From assembly GCF_004010195.1 (NCBI RefSeq), contig NC_057753.1, forward strand, positions 3,255,514 through 3,319,513: a stretch of DNA of 64,000 bases. The letters are read 5' to 3'. The stretch is from Chiloscyllium plagiosum. Its lineage: Eukaryota. Below, piece after piece: positions 35,003 through 47,635 of the stretch. The notes below the pieces were generated by a model, which saw only the letters and a program-made list of their open reading frames with translations, made no database searches and was not told where the DNA came from. Position 1 is the stretch's first letter; the number at the start of each line of letters is the position of its first letter. The position numbers were made by a program, and so were the translations under genes.

Positions 35003-35783
35003 TCACAGCAGGTCAGGCAGCATCCGAGGAGCAGAAAAATCGACGTTTCAGGCAAAAACCCTTAATCAGGAATAGAGGCAGGGAGCCTCCAGGGTGGAGA
35101 GATAAATGGAGGGGTGTGGAGAAGGTAGCAAAGAGTACAATAGGTGAATGGGGGTGGGGATATAGGTGATAGGTCAGAGGGGAGGGTGGAGTGGATAGGT
35201 GGGAAGGGAGATTGACAGGTAGGACAGGTCATGAGGCTGGTGCTGAGCTGAAAGTTTGGAACTGGGGTAAGGTGGAGAGAGGGGAAATGAGGAAACTGGT
35301 GAAGTCCACATTGATGCCTTGGGGTTGAAGTGTTCTGAGGCGGAAGATGAGACGTTCTTCCTGCAGGTGTCGGGTGGTGAGGGAGCGACGGTGAAGGAGG
35401 CCCAGGACCTGCGCCTCGGGACACTTCAACCCCAGGGCATCAATGTGGACTTTAACAGTTTCCTCATTTTCCCTTCCCCCACCTCACCCTAGTTCCAAAC
35501 CTCCAGCTCAGCACTGTCCCCATGACCTGTCCTACCTGCCTATCTTCCTTTCCACCAATCCACTCCACCCTCCTCCATGACCTGTCACCTTATCCCCATC
35601 TCCACTCACCTATTGTACTCTTTGCTACTTTCTCCCCACCCCCACCCTCCTCCAGCTTATCTCTCCACCTTGCAGGCTCTCTGCCTTTATTCCTGATGAA
35701 GGGCTTTTGCCCGAAATGTCGATTTTCCTGCTCCTCGGATGCTGCCTGAACTGCTGTGCTTTCCCAGCACCACTCTAATCTAG
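35003..35783. mobile_element. Penelope-like element, inverted pair of 3' fragments
   Basis: 35003-35420 (-) and 35421-35783 (+) are largely reverse complements. The minus arm translates LQEERLIFRLRTLQPQGINVDF, the C-terminus of a Penelope-like endonuclease domain. Confidence 0.8.
35689..35724 (+). ncRNA. Minimal hammerhead ribozyme motif, Penelope family 1
   Basis: attc-CTGATGA-a-gggc-tttt-gccc-GAAA-tg-TC-gatt. The loop III palindrome is mutated. Confidence 0.5.
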
Positions 35784-35844
35784 AATATAATTTTCTAATG
35801 ATATGCATTCTCCACTTCTGCCAATCTTTTAGGCTCCAGGTCCA

Positions 35845-36120
35845 TAATAACGAAGACTCACTGCGGGAAACGCTTTAAAATTTCCAGGGAGCTGAGGCGC
35901 CATCAATGCATTTACAATGACAAGACCCTGTTCAGGCGTTCTTACTTGGTGGGTGGATGGGTTCAGAATGCCAACGAATTAACGCTGACAAAAGTGCACG
36001 TGGTATTCACTGAATGCTCGGCCCTGCTCAGATACCAATGAGTTTGTAAGTATTTAAAGAGACTGGGTTCTGCTGGTAACCACACCCAGGACTGAAACCG
36101 ATTCATTCTGACCGTGGGGA
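35845..36120 (+). pseudogene. Highly decayed 3' end of a zinc-finger gene (D) with family 3' UTR
   Basis: Translates HCGKRFKISRELRRHQCIYNDKTLF and FTECSALLRYQ*VCK. It is followed by ctgggttctgctggtaaccacacccaggactgaaacc, which resembles the 3' UTR of gene F. Confidence 0.65.
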
Positions 36121-36209
36121 AAGTTGGAGGGTTTCTTTCTATTGGACTGGCTGCTCTGCTTCCTGTCGCCCTAATGTTCTTTGAACCTGGGAGTGCACAT
36201 TTCCAGCAT

Positions 36210-36852
36210 AGGGCAGCATGGTGACTCAGCGGTTAGCACTGCTGTCTCATGGTGCCAGGGACTGGGTTCAATCCCAGCTTCGGGGACCTGTCTGTGTGGA
36301 GTCTGCACATACTCCCCCTTGTCTGCGTGGGTTTGATTAGATTCCCTACAGCGTGGAAACAGGCCTTTCGGCCCAACCTGTCCACACCGACCCTCCGAAG
36401 AGTAACCCACCCAGACCCCATTCCCCTACCGTATATTTTACCCCTGACTAATGCACCTAACACTACGGGCAATTCAGCACAGCCAATTCACCTGACCTGC
36501 ACATCTTTGGACTGTGGGAGGAAACCGGAGCACCTGGAGGAAACCTACGCAGACACAGGGAGAATGCGGAAACTCCACACAGACAGTTGCCCGAGGCTGG
36601 AATTCAACACACGTCCCTGGTGCTGTGAGGCAGTGGTGCTAACCACTGAGCCACCATGCTCATGTTTCCTCCCACAATCCAAAGGTGTGCAGTTGAGGGT
36701 GAATTGGCCATGCTAAATTGCCCATGGTGTACAGGGATGTGTGGGCTAGGGGTAAATGTAGGACAATGGGTTTTGGGTGGGTTGCTTTTCGGAGAGTCAG
36801 TGTGGACTTGCTGGGCCGAATGGCCTGTTTCCACACTGTAGGCATTCTATGA
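36210..36852. mobile_element. HE1 SINE (-, about 36335-36660) nested inside another HE1 SINE (+)
   Basis: The plus copy breaks at gtgggttt and resumes at gtttcctcccaca, around a full minus-strand copy. Confidence 0.85.
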
Positions 36853-37049
36853 TTTCCACTGAAATGAACCATAGAAGCTGATGAAGTACATTTATTTTAA
36901 TCTGGATTAAAAAAATGTTTTCCCTGCCACTTCAATTTATCTAAAATAAATATGCGTGTCTGTTCCATTGAGTCTACAGCACAGGACGAGACCAATTGGC
37001 TCAATTGGTCTCTGTCAGTATTTATGCTCTACATAAGTGTGCACCTAAC

Positions 37050-37620
37050 TGTGATAGATAAGTCACCACAAGTTACCTTTATTTCATCTACTGATTAAGA
37101 AATCTCATAGGCCATCAAGTACTGAAACAAGCTTTTAAACTTTATTGCAAGCAGCAACCAAAATAAGAGCTCTCAGGTCAGCAAGTTAAGCCTCACAACT
37201 CAACTTGGCTATGACCAGATTAATGGTGGAATTTAGCTCTGATTCTAACCAACAGTCCCTGTCTCTGGAAGTGTCCAGGGTTCAGTCCTTGTGCAGTGAT
37301 GTTCTTTGAAGTTCTGAGTGTGAAGGGCTCTGCTGTCGGATTATTACACAGATTTTTGTCCTGTGGGTCTATGATGTAACATTATCGATGAATCTTCAGA
37401 TCCTTTCATCATGTTCTTTCATCCACATTTGCATCCATGTAACAAGGAACAAAGGAGCTACTTCTGATAAGTAGGCAATTCTGCAGCTTGCCTTCTTATC
37501 AGAAGTAGTTTCTTTGTCCCTTTTTACATTTGGCCTTAACTTTCTGTTTGCAGACACAGCTTTCCTGGGAGTGACTCGTAAAATTCTTCAGCCGGACAGT
37601 CATTTATCCTTAGGGCATGA
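37050..37620 (-). mobile_element. Possible LTR-like fragment containing a long hairpin
   Basis: Begins TGT, has a minus-strand AATAAA at about 37141, and is unrelated to the flanking CR1 pieces. Weak support. Confidence 0.3.
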
Positions 37621-37642
37621 GGCATCTGGTTATCAAGCAGGG

Positions 37643-38005
37643 AGGTTTATAAAACCATGAGGGGCAATAATAGGATAAATACACAAAGTCTTTTCTCAGG
37701 GTTGAGGGAGTCCAGAACTAGACAGCAGAGGTTTAGGGTGAGAGGGGAAAGATATAAAAGGGACCTAAGGGGCAAGTTTTTCATGTAGAGGGTGGTATGT
37801 GTATGGAATGAGCTGCCAGAGGAAGTGGTGGAGGCTGGTACAATTACAATATTTAAAAGGCATCTGGATGGGTCTATGAATAGGAAGGGTTTGGAGGGAT
37901 ATGGGCCGGGTGCTGGCAGGTGGGACTAGATTGGGTTGGGATATCTGGTCGGCCTGGACGGGTTGGGCCGAAGGGTTTGCTTCAGTGCTGTACATCTCTG
38001 ATTCT
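37643..38005 (+). mobile_element. CR1 (HER1-like) 3' fragment
   Basis: Same family as 1-420. Confidence 0.85.
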
Positions 38006-39129
38006 ATGTGGTGTCAAAACAGTTTTGTTCATTCCTGCTCCCATGTAAGGCTAATTGCTTTCAATTCCTGTATAAATTTGCCCTTGTCTTTTATTCCAGA
38101 CAGAGTTATCACTGCTTCTTTCAGTCTTTCAACAGTTACTAAAGTTCACACTGTCACATATCTCTCTTCATCTTCCATCCATCAACATATCCTACTATTC
38201 CTTTCACCCTCGTGTAAGTATCCAGCGTTCCCTTAAATGTATTCCCGCACCACTTGCTGAGGGAGTGAATTCCTCATTCTCAACACTCGCTGGGTAAAGA
38301 GATTGCTCTTGAAATCATTACTTGATTATTGAAGCATCTTCAAGATTTCGATCAGGTCACACGAGTCTCCTTTTTTCTAGACTCCACACACACCTCTCAA
38401 TCAAACTCTTCTCCCTCCTGCCATCTAGCAGAAGATACCAGAGCATTCGGTCTCTCACGGCCAGACTGTGCAACAGTTTCTCCCCCCTGAGGCATCAGGC
38501 TCCTTAACACGATACGATCGGACACTTTCCCATCTGAAATTCTTTGCACGACTTCTAACCGCTGCGAATAAAGTATCTATGATTTATTATTCTTCTGTTA
38601 CACTGTAACATGCGTGTTTTGCACTTAGAGTCATAGAGATGCACAGCATGGAAACTTCAGTCCAACCCGTCCATGCTGACCAGATATGCCAAACCAATCT
38701 GCCAACACCCGGCCCGTATCCCTCCAAACCCTTCCTATTCATATACCCATCCAAATGCCTCTTAAATGTTGCAATTGTACCAGCCTCCACCACATCCTCT
38801 GGCAGCTCATTCCATAGCCTGTGTGTGAAAAAGTTGCCCCTTAGGTCTCTTTTATATCTTTCCCCTCTCATCCTAAACCTATGCCCTCTGGTTCTGGACT
38901 CCCCCACCCCAGAGAAAAGACTTAGTCTATTTGCCCTATCCATGCCCCTCACGACTTTGTAAATCTCTATAAAGTCACCACTCAGCCTCCGACGCTCCCT
39001 AAGCACTGCACGATTGTGTAGTTTGTGCTGTCCACATAGCACCCTCAGTCCTGGAGGAACACTGTCTCATTTTTACCGTATCAGTTGTATCTGGTAGGAA
39101 TGACAAATAAAAAGCTACTCTACTTGACA

Positions 39130-41880
39130 CTCTACTAAAAGGCCCTTTGGCCCATCCAGTCTGCACCAACAGTGCACTGCTCCCAGTTTCCTGCACTTGT
39201 TCCCTATCCTTGAATATTTGAAGTACTCATCCCAATTTGTTTTAAAAGGTTGCGAGGTTTCGATCCTCCACTACACTCCCAGGCTGTGCCTTCCAGATTC
39301 CCACCACCTGCTGAGTAAAAACGTTTCTTTCTAAATTTGTTTTTGCCCCTCGATTTGTTGCCCCTTGTCTCCAAAACTACACCTTCTCGCGATGGAGCCC
39401 TCATTCCAAGGGGGGCAGCTGCTCTCTCTTCACCCTGTCCATGCCCCTCATAATAGAACACAGAACAATACAGCGCAAAACAGGCCCTTCAGCCCTCGAA
39501 GTTGCGCCGACCTGTGAACTATTCTCAGCTCGTCCCCCTACACTATCCCAAAAATCATCCATGTGCTTATCTAAGGATTGTTTAAATCTCCCTAATGTGG
39601 CTGAGTTGACCACATTAGCAGGTAAGGCATTCCACGCCATTACCACTCTCTGCGTAAGGAACCTGCCTCTGATATCTGTCTTAAATCTATCCCTTCAATT
39701 TGTAGTTATGCCCCCTTGTACAAGCTCACATCATCATCCTAGGAAAAAGACTGTCACTGTCTACCCTCTCAAATCCTCTGATCATCTTGTAAGTCTCTAT
39801 CAAATCCCCTCTTAGCCTTCTTCTTGCCAATGAGAACAGGTTGAAGTCCCTCAGCCTTTCCTCATAAGACCTTCCCTCCAGACCAGGCAACATCCTGGTA
39901 AATCTCCTTGGCACCTTTTCCAATGCTTCCACATCCTTCCCGAAATATGGGGACCGGAACTGTACACAATATTCCAAGTGTGGCCGCACCAGCGTTTTGT
40001 ATAGTTGCAGCATGATATTGCGGCTCTGGAACTCAATCCGTCTACAAATGAAGCCTAACACACCATATGCCTTCTTAACAGCACTATCAACGTGGTGGCA
40101 ACTTTCAGGGATCTATGTACATGGACTCCAAGATCCCTCTGCACATCCACACTACCAAGAATCTTTCCATCGACCCAGTACTCTGCCTTCCTGTTATTCT
40201 TCCCAAAGTGCATCACCTCACATTAATGTTATATCCCTCAATCATGCCCCGTCCCCTAAGCTCCAGAGAAAACAATCCAAGATGATCAAGTCTTTCCTTA
40301 TAGGCCAGTTTCTCCATCACAGGCAATATCCTGGTGAACTTCCTCTGTCCGCATTTGAGTGCCATCACATCCTTCACACAATGTGGTGACCATAACTGCA
40401 ACACAGTGCTCCCGTTGTGGTCTGACCTACACTATGTACAACTCCAACATTAGCTGGGGCGCATGGTGGCTACAGCACCAGGGGACCCAGGTCCGATCCT
40501 CAGCCTTGGGTAACTTTCTGTGTGGAGTTTGCACATTCTCCCTGTCTTTGCATGGGTTTCCTCCCACAGTCCAAAGATGTGCAGGCTAGGTGGGTTAGCT
40601 GTGGGAAATGCAACGTTGTGGGAGATAGTGGGTCTGGGTGGGATGCTCTTCAGAGGGTTGGTGTGGACTTGCTGGGCTGAACGGCCTGATCTTACACTGC
40701 AGGGATTCTATCATCGACCTCCTTGCCCTTATACTCTGTGCCACAACTAATGAAAGCAAGTACGCTTGGCTTTATTGGTAAATGCACTGAGTAGAGGAGT
40801 TGGGATGTCATGTTGTGGCTGTCCAGGATACTGGTTAAGCCACTTTTAGTATACGATGTTCAATTCTGGTCTCACTGCTGTAGGAAGGATGTTGTGAAAC
40901 TCGAAAGGGTGCAGAAAGATTTACGAGAGTGTTGAAGGGTTTGAGCTATAGGGAGAGGCTGAATAGGCTGGGGCTGTTTTCCCTGCAGCATCGGAGGCGG
41001 AGGGATGACCTTATAGAGGTTGCTAAAATCATGGATAGGCTAAACAGACAAGGCCCTTTTTCCCTCGGTAAGGGAAATACAGGGCAGAGATTTAAGGTGA
41101 GAAAGGGAAGGTTTAAAAGGGACCCAAGGGGCAACTTTTCCATGCAGGTGATGCGTGTGTGTGGAATGAGCTGCTAGAGGAGATGGTGGAGGCTGGTACA
41201 ATTACAGCATTTCAAAGGATGAATACATGAAAAGGAAGAGTTTAGAGGGATATTGACCATATACTAGCCAATGGGACGAGGTTAATTTTGGATATCTGGT
41301 TGGCACAGCTGAGTTGGAAAGGTCTGTTTCTGTGCTGTACATCACTAAGACTCAAAGTGCCCCCTTTGATTCTTAACTATCCTATTCACATGCTCTGCCA
41401 ACTTCAAGGATCTGTGAATACATACCCCAAGCTCCCTCTGTTCTGCTAAGCTGCCTAGTGTCCTGCCATTCATTAAATACTCCCTCACTGTGTTTCATTT
41501 TTCAAAGCGCTTCACCTTGCGCTTAAATACCGTCAGTGACGAGAGTGACCCATCTATATCTTCCTGTAACTTATAAACAACTTCTTCAACTATTAACCAC
41601 TCTGTCAAACTTGGGGTCACCTGCAAGCTGGCTTAACATTCCCCGCACATTTTGATCCACATCATTTACAATCATTATAATAAACAATAAGGCACTAAGT
41701 TCTGATCCTTGTGGTATACCTCTGGACACCGGCTTCCTGTCACTCAAACAGCCTTCGATCACTATCCTCTGTCTCTTGTTACAAAGCCAGTTTTTCTGAT
41801 CCATCTCACCATGTCTCACTGGATTCCATGTACTTTAAGCTTCCCAAACAGTGTTCCATGTGGGACCTTTTCAAAAGCTT
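39130..41880. mobile_element. Nested CR1 fragments (- at 39452-40220, + at 40765-41352, within an older - copy)
   Basis: LYKTLVRPHLEYCVQFRSPY, GIPQGSELSALLF and LSYRERLNRLGLFSL. Confidence 0.85.
40455..40710 (+). mobile_element. HE1-type SINE, diverged
   Basis: V domain and tail. Confidence 0.75.
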
Positions 41881-41902
41881 TGCAACAGCCCACACAAACG
41901 CA

Positions 41903-42195
41903 GGTGGCACGGTGGCTCAGTGGTTAGCACTGCTGCCTCACAGCACCAGGATTCCAGGTTCGATTCCGGCTTCGGGGGCGACTGTCTGTGTGGAGTTTGC
42001 ACATTCTACCCCCGTGTCTGTGTGGGTTTCCTCTGGTTGCTCCGGTTTCCTCCCACAGTCCAAAAAGATGTGCAGGTTAGGGTGAATTGGCCATGGTGTG
42101 AGGTACATTACTCAGAGGGAAATGGGTCTGGATGGGTTGCTCTTCGGAGGGTCGGTGTGGATTTGTTGGGCCGAAGGGAATCTAATCTAATCTAA
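41903..42195 (+). mobile_element. HE1-type SINE
   Basis: Head, V domain and (aatct)n tail. Confidence 0.88.
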
Positions 42196-42574
42196 ACCGA
42201 ACTTCCCTCATCCAGACACTCGATCGACATGACCTCCCTCTGGCAAAGCCATGATGACGATCCCTAATTAACCCACGCTCTTCCAGGCAGGCATAGTCTT
42301 GCTCCTTCAGAAATTTCTCCAATAGTTTCCTTGCCACTGACACAAGACTCGTCGGTCTCAAATTTGCTGGTTCATCTCTACCACCCCTCTTAAGAAGTGA
42401 ACCAGATTAGCCATCCTCTGGCTCTTCCCCTGTGGCCTGACAGGAGTTAAAAATGTGTGCCAGAGAATATAACGTGAGAAAATGTGAAATTGCCCGTTTT
42501 AGATTAGATTACATTTTAGTGTGGAAACAGGCCCTTTGGCCCAACAAGTCCACACGATTGAAGTCGTTTGGTAC

Positions 42575-43170
42575 AGAAAAGATTTACAAGGATGTTGCCA
42601 GGGTTGGAGGATTTGAGCTACAGGGAGAGGCTGAACAGGCTGGGGCTGTTTTCCCTGGAGCATCGGAGGCTGAGGGGTGACCTTATAGAGGTTTACAACA
42701 TTATGAGGGGGATGGGTACATGAATAGGAAGGGTTTGGAGGGATATGGGCCGGGTGCTCGCAGGTGGGACTAGTTTGGGTTGGGATGTCTGGTCGGCATG
42801 GACGGGTTGGACCGAAGGGTCTGTTCCCATGCTGTACATCTCTATGACTCTGTTGGACTATAACCTGATATTGTGTGATTTTTAACTCAATCTATTAATA
42901 TTGTGTGAATATAAGTGTTTTAATAACTAATGTTGAATTGATAGATATAGGTCAGATGTCAGAGGTATTTTCTTTACTCAGAGAGTAGTCAGGGTGTGGA
43001 ACGCACTGCCTGGAACAGTAGTAGACTCGCCAACTTTGAGGGCATTTAAATGGTCAGTGGATAGGAGAATGGAATAGTGTAGGTTAGATGGGCTTCAGAT
43101 TGGTTCCACAGGTCGGTGCAACATCGAGGGCTGAAGGGCCTGTACTGCACTGGAATGTTCTATGTTGGTT
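42575..43170 (+). mobile_element. Two CR1 3' fragments
   Basis: Match the two CR1 3' UTR types seen elsewhere in the window. Confidence 0.8.
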
Positions 43171-43579
43171 TACAGCCTGGAGTTTGGAGTAACCATTCGG
43201 GCCTCCTGCACATTTCTGTCTCTGTTGTTTTTGACAGAGTCAGGTGACAGAGCGGAAGCTGAGAATAAAGGGGCCTGAAACCCTTAGGGGGGGTCATTGA
43301 CGAAGAGAGAGGCAGGAAGGTGCTGGGACAGACGGGAAGTGGGCTTTCACAAGGACCTCCGTGGGTTCAGTGACAGTGTCCAAAGCAGACAGTCACAGGA
43401 ACAGGGGGACAGAGGAGTCCAAGAGGAACATTTTGTTCCAGAGCCCTTTACGCGTTCCTTTAACTCTGACTCCCTTTGATTCTCAAGTAATTTTTATTCT
43501 ATTTCATTTATAAGCTCTTACCAGTAAAAATATCGGATGCTGCTGGACTTTTCCTGATTAAATTTGTGTCTCTTTTTTA

Positions 43580-43870
43580 AAGATTCGATTCCCTACAGTA
43601 TGGAAACAGGCCCTCTGGCCCAACAAGTCTACGCGAACCCTTCGAAGAGTAACCACTCAGACCCATTCCCCTACATTTCCCTCTGACTGATGTACCTAAC
43701 ACTATGGCCAATTTCCCATGGCCAATTCACCCTCAACTGCACATCTTTGGATCGTGGGAGGAGACCCAGGGAGAATGTCTGTGAGGAGTTTGCACAGTCG
43801 CCCGAGGCTGGAATCGAACCAGAGTCCTGGGGTGGTGAGGCAGCAGGGCTAACCACTGAGCCACCATGCC
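43580..43870 (-). mobile_element. HE1-type SINE
   Basis: Reverse-complement copy, head-to-head with the copy at 44017. Confidence 0.85.
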
Positions 43871-44016
43871 AACCTGTTCAGGGGAGAGTGGTAGGCAGTG
43901 CCATAACAGAATAGATATCTCTCTCAGTTCATTGGTAAGGAGCCAGAGTGGAAGATGAGATTTCCTTTTTGGTTTGACACAGTGATATTAGGAAATGGAT
44001 TAGACGTGATCATCTT

Positions 44017-44336
44017 GGCGGCACGGTGGCACAGTGGTTAGCACTGCTGCCTCACAGCGCCAGAGACCCGGGTTCAATTCCCGCCTCAGGCGACTGACTG
44101 CGTGGAGTTTGCACGTTCTCCCCGTGTCTGTGTGGGTTTCCTCCGGGTGCTCCGATTTCCTCCCACAGTCCAAAGATGTGCAGGTTAGGTGAATTGGCCA
44201 TGCTAAATTGCCCATAGTGTTAGGTAAGCGGTAAATGTAGGGGTATGGGTGGGTTGCGCTTCGGCGGGTCGGTGTGGACTTGATGGGCCGAAGGGCCTGT
44301 TTCCACACTGTAATGTAATGTAATCTAATCTAATCT
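44017..44336 (+). mobile_element. Full-length HE1-type V-SINE (tRNA-derived)
   Basis: A box tggcacagtgg, B box gttcaattc, V domain tggagtttgcacgttctcccc...cccacagtccaaagatgtgcagg, CR1-like tail gggccgaagggcctgtttcc and (taatc)n end. Confidence 0.9.
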
Positions 44337-45246
44337 TTCTGTTAATGTTTCACTGCTGACAGATGTTGACTTTTGACCGGTCATATCGAGGCAGAGTAGC
44401 AACACCATTACACTGGGGAAAAGCACCGTCTGCCGTCGAGGCCATGGCACCAGTCCGTCAAATCTGTAAAAATTCAACAAATCGCTGAGCTCAGGACATT
44501 CCTCCTCATACTGTTTTCCAGACGGAGACTGATTGAACCCAGTCATTGGTGAGGGTCAGTTGCACAAAGCAATTACACGATCTGCCCTTGAACCGCCTGA
44601 ACCTGCCCAAGTCTGGTCACACTCTCCGACAATCGGTCCCCCTCACCCACCCCCGGTGCAGGGAGTCAGCGTTCCCATCACAACCAGTGAAAACACAGTG
44701 GCCTTGACACTGTCTCGGATTCCGGGCCCCTCTTGCTTCCCCCGAACTCTAGGAGCTGTGGATCTCCCCGTTCCTACAGAGCAAACCATTTGTTCTCAGT
44801 TCTGATGGATTTCTGAAATTTGGCCCCTGTCAGATCAATAAGATATTGTAAGAACAAAGGATCAAGCCATAATTTCCATCCTGTCACCTGTCCACCATCT
44901 TGACCCGGAGTGTAGTTAAAACAAGATAAAGTATTTAATCAGTGACTAGCAAGAAAATCCAAAGTAGACGGTACCTCAATATTTTCACAGTTCACACCTT
45001 GAGGCGGGGAGGCGTTCTCTCTGATGCTCATTTAATTCTACATTTTACTTTCTTTTTGTGTTCTGGCCCTGCCCTGTTGGGGGGGGGGGTCACATCTTCT
45101 TCGGAAGGAGTGCTGTGAAGTTTAAGTTAATCGCGCACAGATACGTGAGCTTCCAGCAATGGGTCATGGATGGAAGTGAAAGATTCTCCAACTGTCCCTT
45201 CACAGTTCCTATTTAGCTTCCTCTCTCCCAATGTCTTGTCGCAACG

Positions 45247-45968
45247 GAGAAAGGGAGGGCTGCAGACGCTGGAGATCAGAGTCGAAGAGCGTGGCGCTGG
45301 AAAGGCACAGGCGGTCAGGGCAGCATCCGAGGAGCAGGAGAGTCGATGGTACGGGCATAAGCCCTTCATCCGGAATGAGGCTTGTGGCCCAAGGGGGTGG
45401 AGAGATACATGGGAGGGGGCTGGGGACTGGGGAGAAGGTAGCTGAGGGGTAGATAGAGGTGGGGGTAATGGTGATAGGTCAGAGAGGAGGGCGGAGCGGA
45501 TAGGTGGGAAGGAAGATGGACAGGTAGGACAGGTCATGAGGGCGGTGCCGAGTTGGAAGGTTGGATCTGGAATAAGGTGGAGGGAGGGGAGATGAGGAAA
45601 TTGGTGAAATCCGCATTGATTCCATGTGGTTGGAGGGTCCCAAGGTGGAAGATGAGGCGTTCTTCCGCCATGCGTCGGGTAGTTAGAGTTTAGCGATGGA
45701 GTAGGCCCAAGTCTGTGGCAGAGTGGGAAGGAGGGTTGAAGTGTTCAGCCACGGGGCGGTGGGATTGGTTGGTGCGGGTGTCCCGGAGATGTTCTCCGAA
45801 ACGACCTGCAAGTTGGCGTCTTTCTCCCCAGTGTAGAGGAGACCATATCGGGTGCAACGGACACAGTAGTTTGACGTGTGTGGAAGTGCAGGTAAATCTC
45901 TGTCGGATGAGGAAGGATCCTCTGGGGCCTTGGATGGAGGTGAGGAGGGGGAGGTGTGGGCGCAGGAT
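45247..45968 (-). mobile_element. Penelope-like element 3' fragment with GIY-YIG remnant
   Basis: Homologous to 48455-49130 in the opposite orientation, with a degenerate hammerhead at about 45340-45377. Confidence 0.8.
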
Positions 45969-46708
45969 TTACTTGTCTCAGTGCAAATATCGTCATCCCT
46001 TGCACATTCATCTCCCTCATTCTCTGACCATTCCTTGTGAGTTGAATTCTCTCCCGATCATTCCAAGTCACGTTCCTGTCTGGACGACGTGTCACTGTCT
46101 TGATGATGTCACAATGTTGTCTCGGTCCCCAGGCCACATTCACCATTTGACGTCTGGCTGTTTTCTCAAGGGGTTGCACGTGTTTGGGACCTGCTCTTCA
46201 GTTCATCATGAAATTTCCCCAAGTTCACAGCTTCAAAGGGAGCACATGATGTCTACCCACTCACACCGGTATCCCAACCTCACATTCTGAATTTGAAGGC
46301 CATCTTGACCAAAACAGCACAGTGACGGGTCTGTCTGTCCGGCCTGAAAATTTGCTCACCCTCCCCTCGGTTGCGCTGAGATTTCAGGTAGATGTCAGAC
46401 TGTCAGATGTGGTTTTTTTGACAGGACGAGTCTGTCTTCTTTATTTCAGACCGTCAGACTAGGGTTGTTCCCTCTGCAGCTGGGGGAGAGATTGCGTCAA
46501 GCTATGAAATTAGGACAAATTTTCCCTGAACCAAAGAGAGACAGCTTTACAGATCTCCCCAGCTCAGTCCGCCAACATGAACCCGTCAACTGCTACTTCA
46601 ATACGCTATTGCGTTTTCCTGCACAGATTTCTGTCTGAGGCCTGTTGCACTGTCCCAACGTAAGCTTCAAGGACAACAACACTATCCACCGGATCTGACC
46701 CCTTGTCA

Positions 46709-47635
46709 TCACTTGTGAACTCTCTGGTGTGCCCGTAGGTTCGATGACTGAGTGAAGCCCTTTCCACACTCAGTGCAGATGAATGGCCTTTCCCCAGAGT
46801 GAACCCGCTGGTGTGTCAACAGGCTAGATGACTGAGTGAAGCCCTTCCCACATGTGGAGCAGACGAAGGGCCTCGCCCCGGTGTGGACTCGCTGGTGGAT
46901 TAATAGGCTGGACGAATCCTTAAAACCTTTTCCGCAGTCACAGCAGATGAATGGCCTCTCATTGGTGTGGACCCGCTGGTGAGTCAGCAGGGTGGAGGAC
47001 AGAGTGAATCCCTTCCCACATTCAGAACAGATGAACGGCCTCTCCCCAGAATGAACTCTCTGATGTATCTGGAGTTTGGACAGCTCCGTGAACCCCTTCC
47101 CACACTCGGCACAGGTGAACGGCTTCTCCCCGGTGTGAACATGCTGATGTGTTTGCAGGTGGGACAGCTGAGCGAATCCCTTTCCGCAGGCAGAGCAGGT
47201 GAAAGGCTTTTCCCCAGTGTGAACCCGATGGTGTTTCTGCAGATTGGACAGAATAGTGAACGCCTTCCCACACACAGAGCAGGTGAACGGCCTCTCCCCC
47301 GTGTGAACACGCTGGTGCATCTGGAGGTGGGATAACAAAGTAAATCCCTTCCCACACGTCGAGCAGGTGAACGGCCTCTCCCCCGTGTGAACACGCTGGT
47401 GTGCTTGCAGGTTGGATGATCGAGTGAATCCTTTCCCGCACTCGGAGCAGGCGAACGGCCTCTCCCCCGTGTGAACACGCTGGTGCATCAGCAGGTTGGA
47501 CGAATCGCTGAATCCCTTCCCGCACACGGAGCAGGTGAATGGTCTTTCCCCGGTGTGACTGCGGCGATGAATCTCAAGCTCAGATGGGGCTTTGAAGCCT
47601 TTCCCACAGTCCTCACACTTCCACGGTTTCTCCAT
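46709..47635 (-). CDS. C2H2 zinc-finger protein (gene E), 11 fingers, 308 aa
   Basis: [10 protein letters not shown] start, 11 fingers, ends HQRVHK-stop. Putative intron 49489-47969 (gcag|gtgagg ... ttacag|gatatt). Confidence 0.96.
   Translation of the reverse strand: MEKPWKCEDCGKGFKAPSELEIHRRSHTGERPFTCSVCGKGFSDSSNLLMHQRVHTGERPFACSECGKGFTRSSNLQAHQRVHTGERPFTCSTCGKGFTLLSHLQMHQRVHTGERPFTCSVCGKAFTILSNLQKHHRVHTGEKPFTCSACGKGFAQLSHLQTHQHVHTGEKPFTCAECGKGFTELSKLQIHQRVHSGERPFICSECGKGFTLSSTLLTHQRVHTNERPFICCDCGKGFKDSSSLLIHQRVHTGARPFVCSTCGKGFTQSSSLLTHQRVHSGERPFICTECGKGFTQSSNLRAHQRVHK

Noticed and set aside
44017..44090. tRNA genes at SINE heads
   Set aside because: The A and B boxes continue into V-domain and LINE-like tail sequence, so these are tRNA-derived SINEs rather than tRNAs.
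45965..46179. Possible retroviral gag-like peptide (TWNDRERIQLTRNGQRMREMNV)
   Set aside because: Resemblance is too weak, and the neighbouring sequence has stops in all frames with no supporting motifs.
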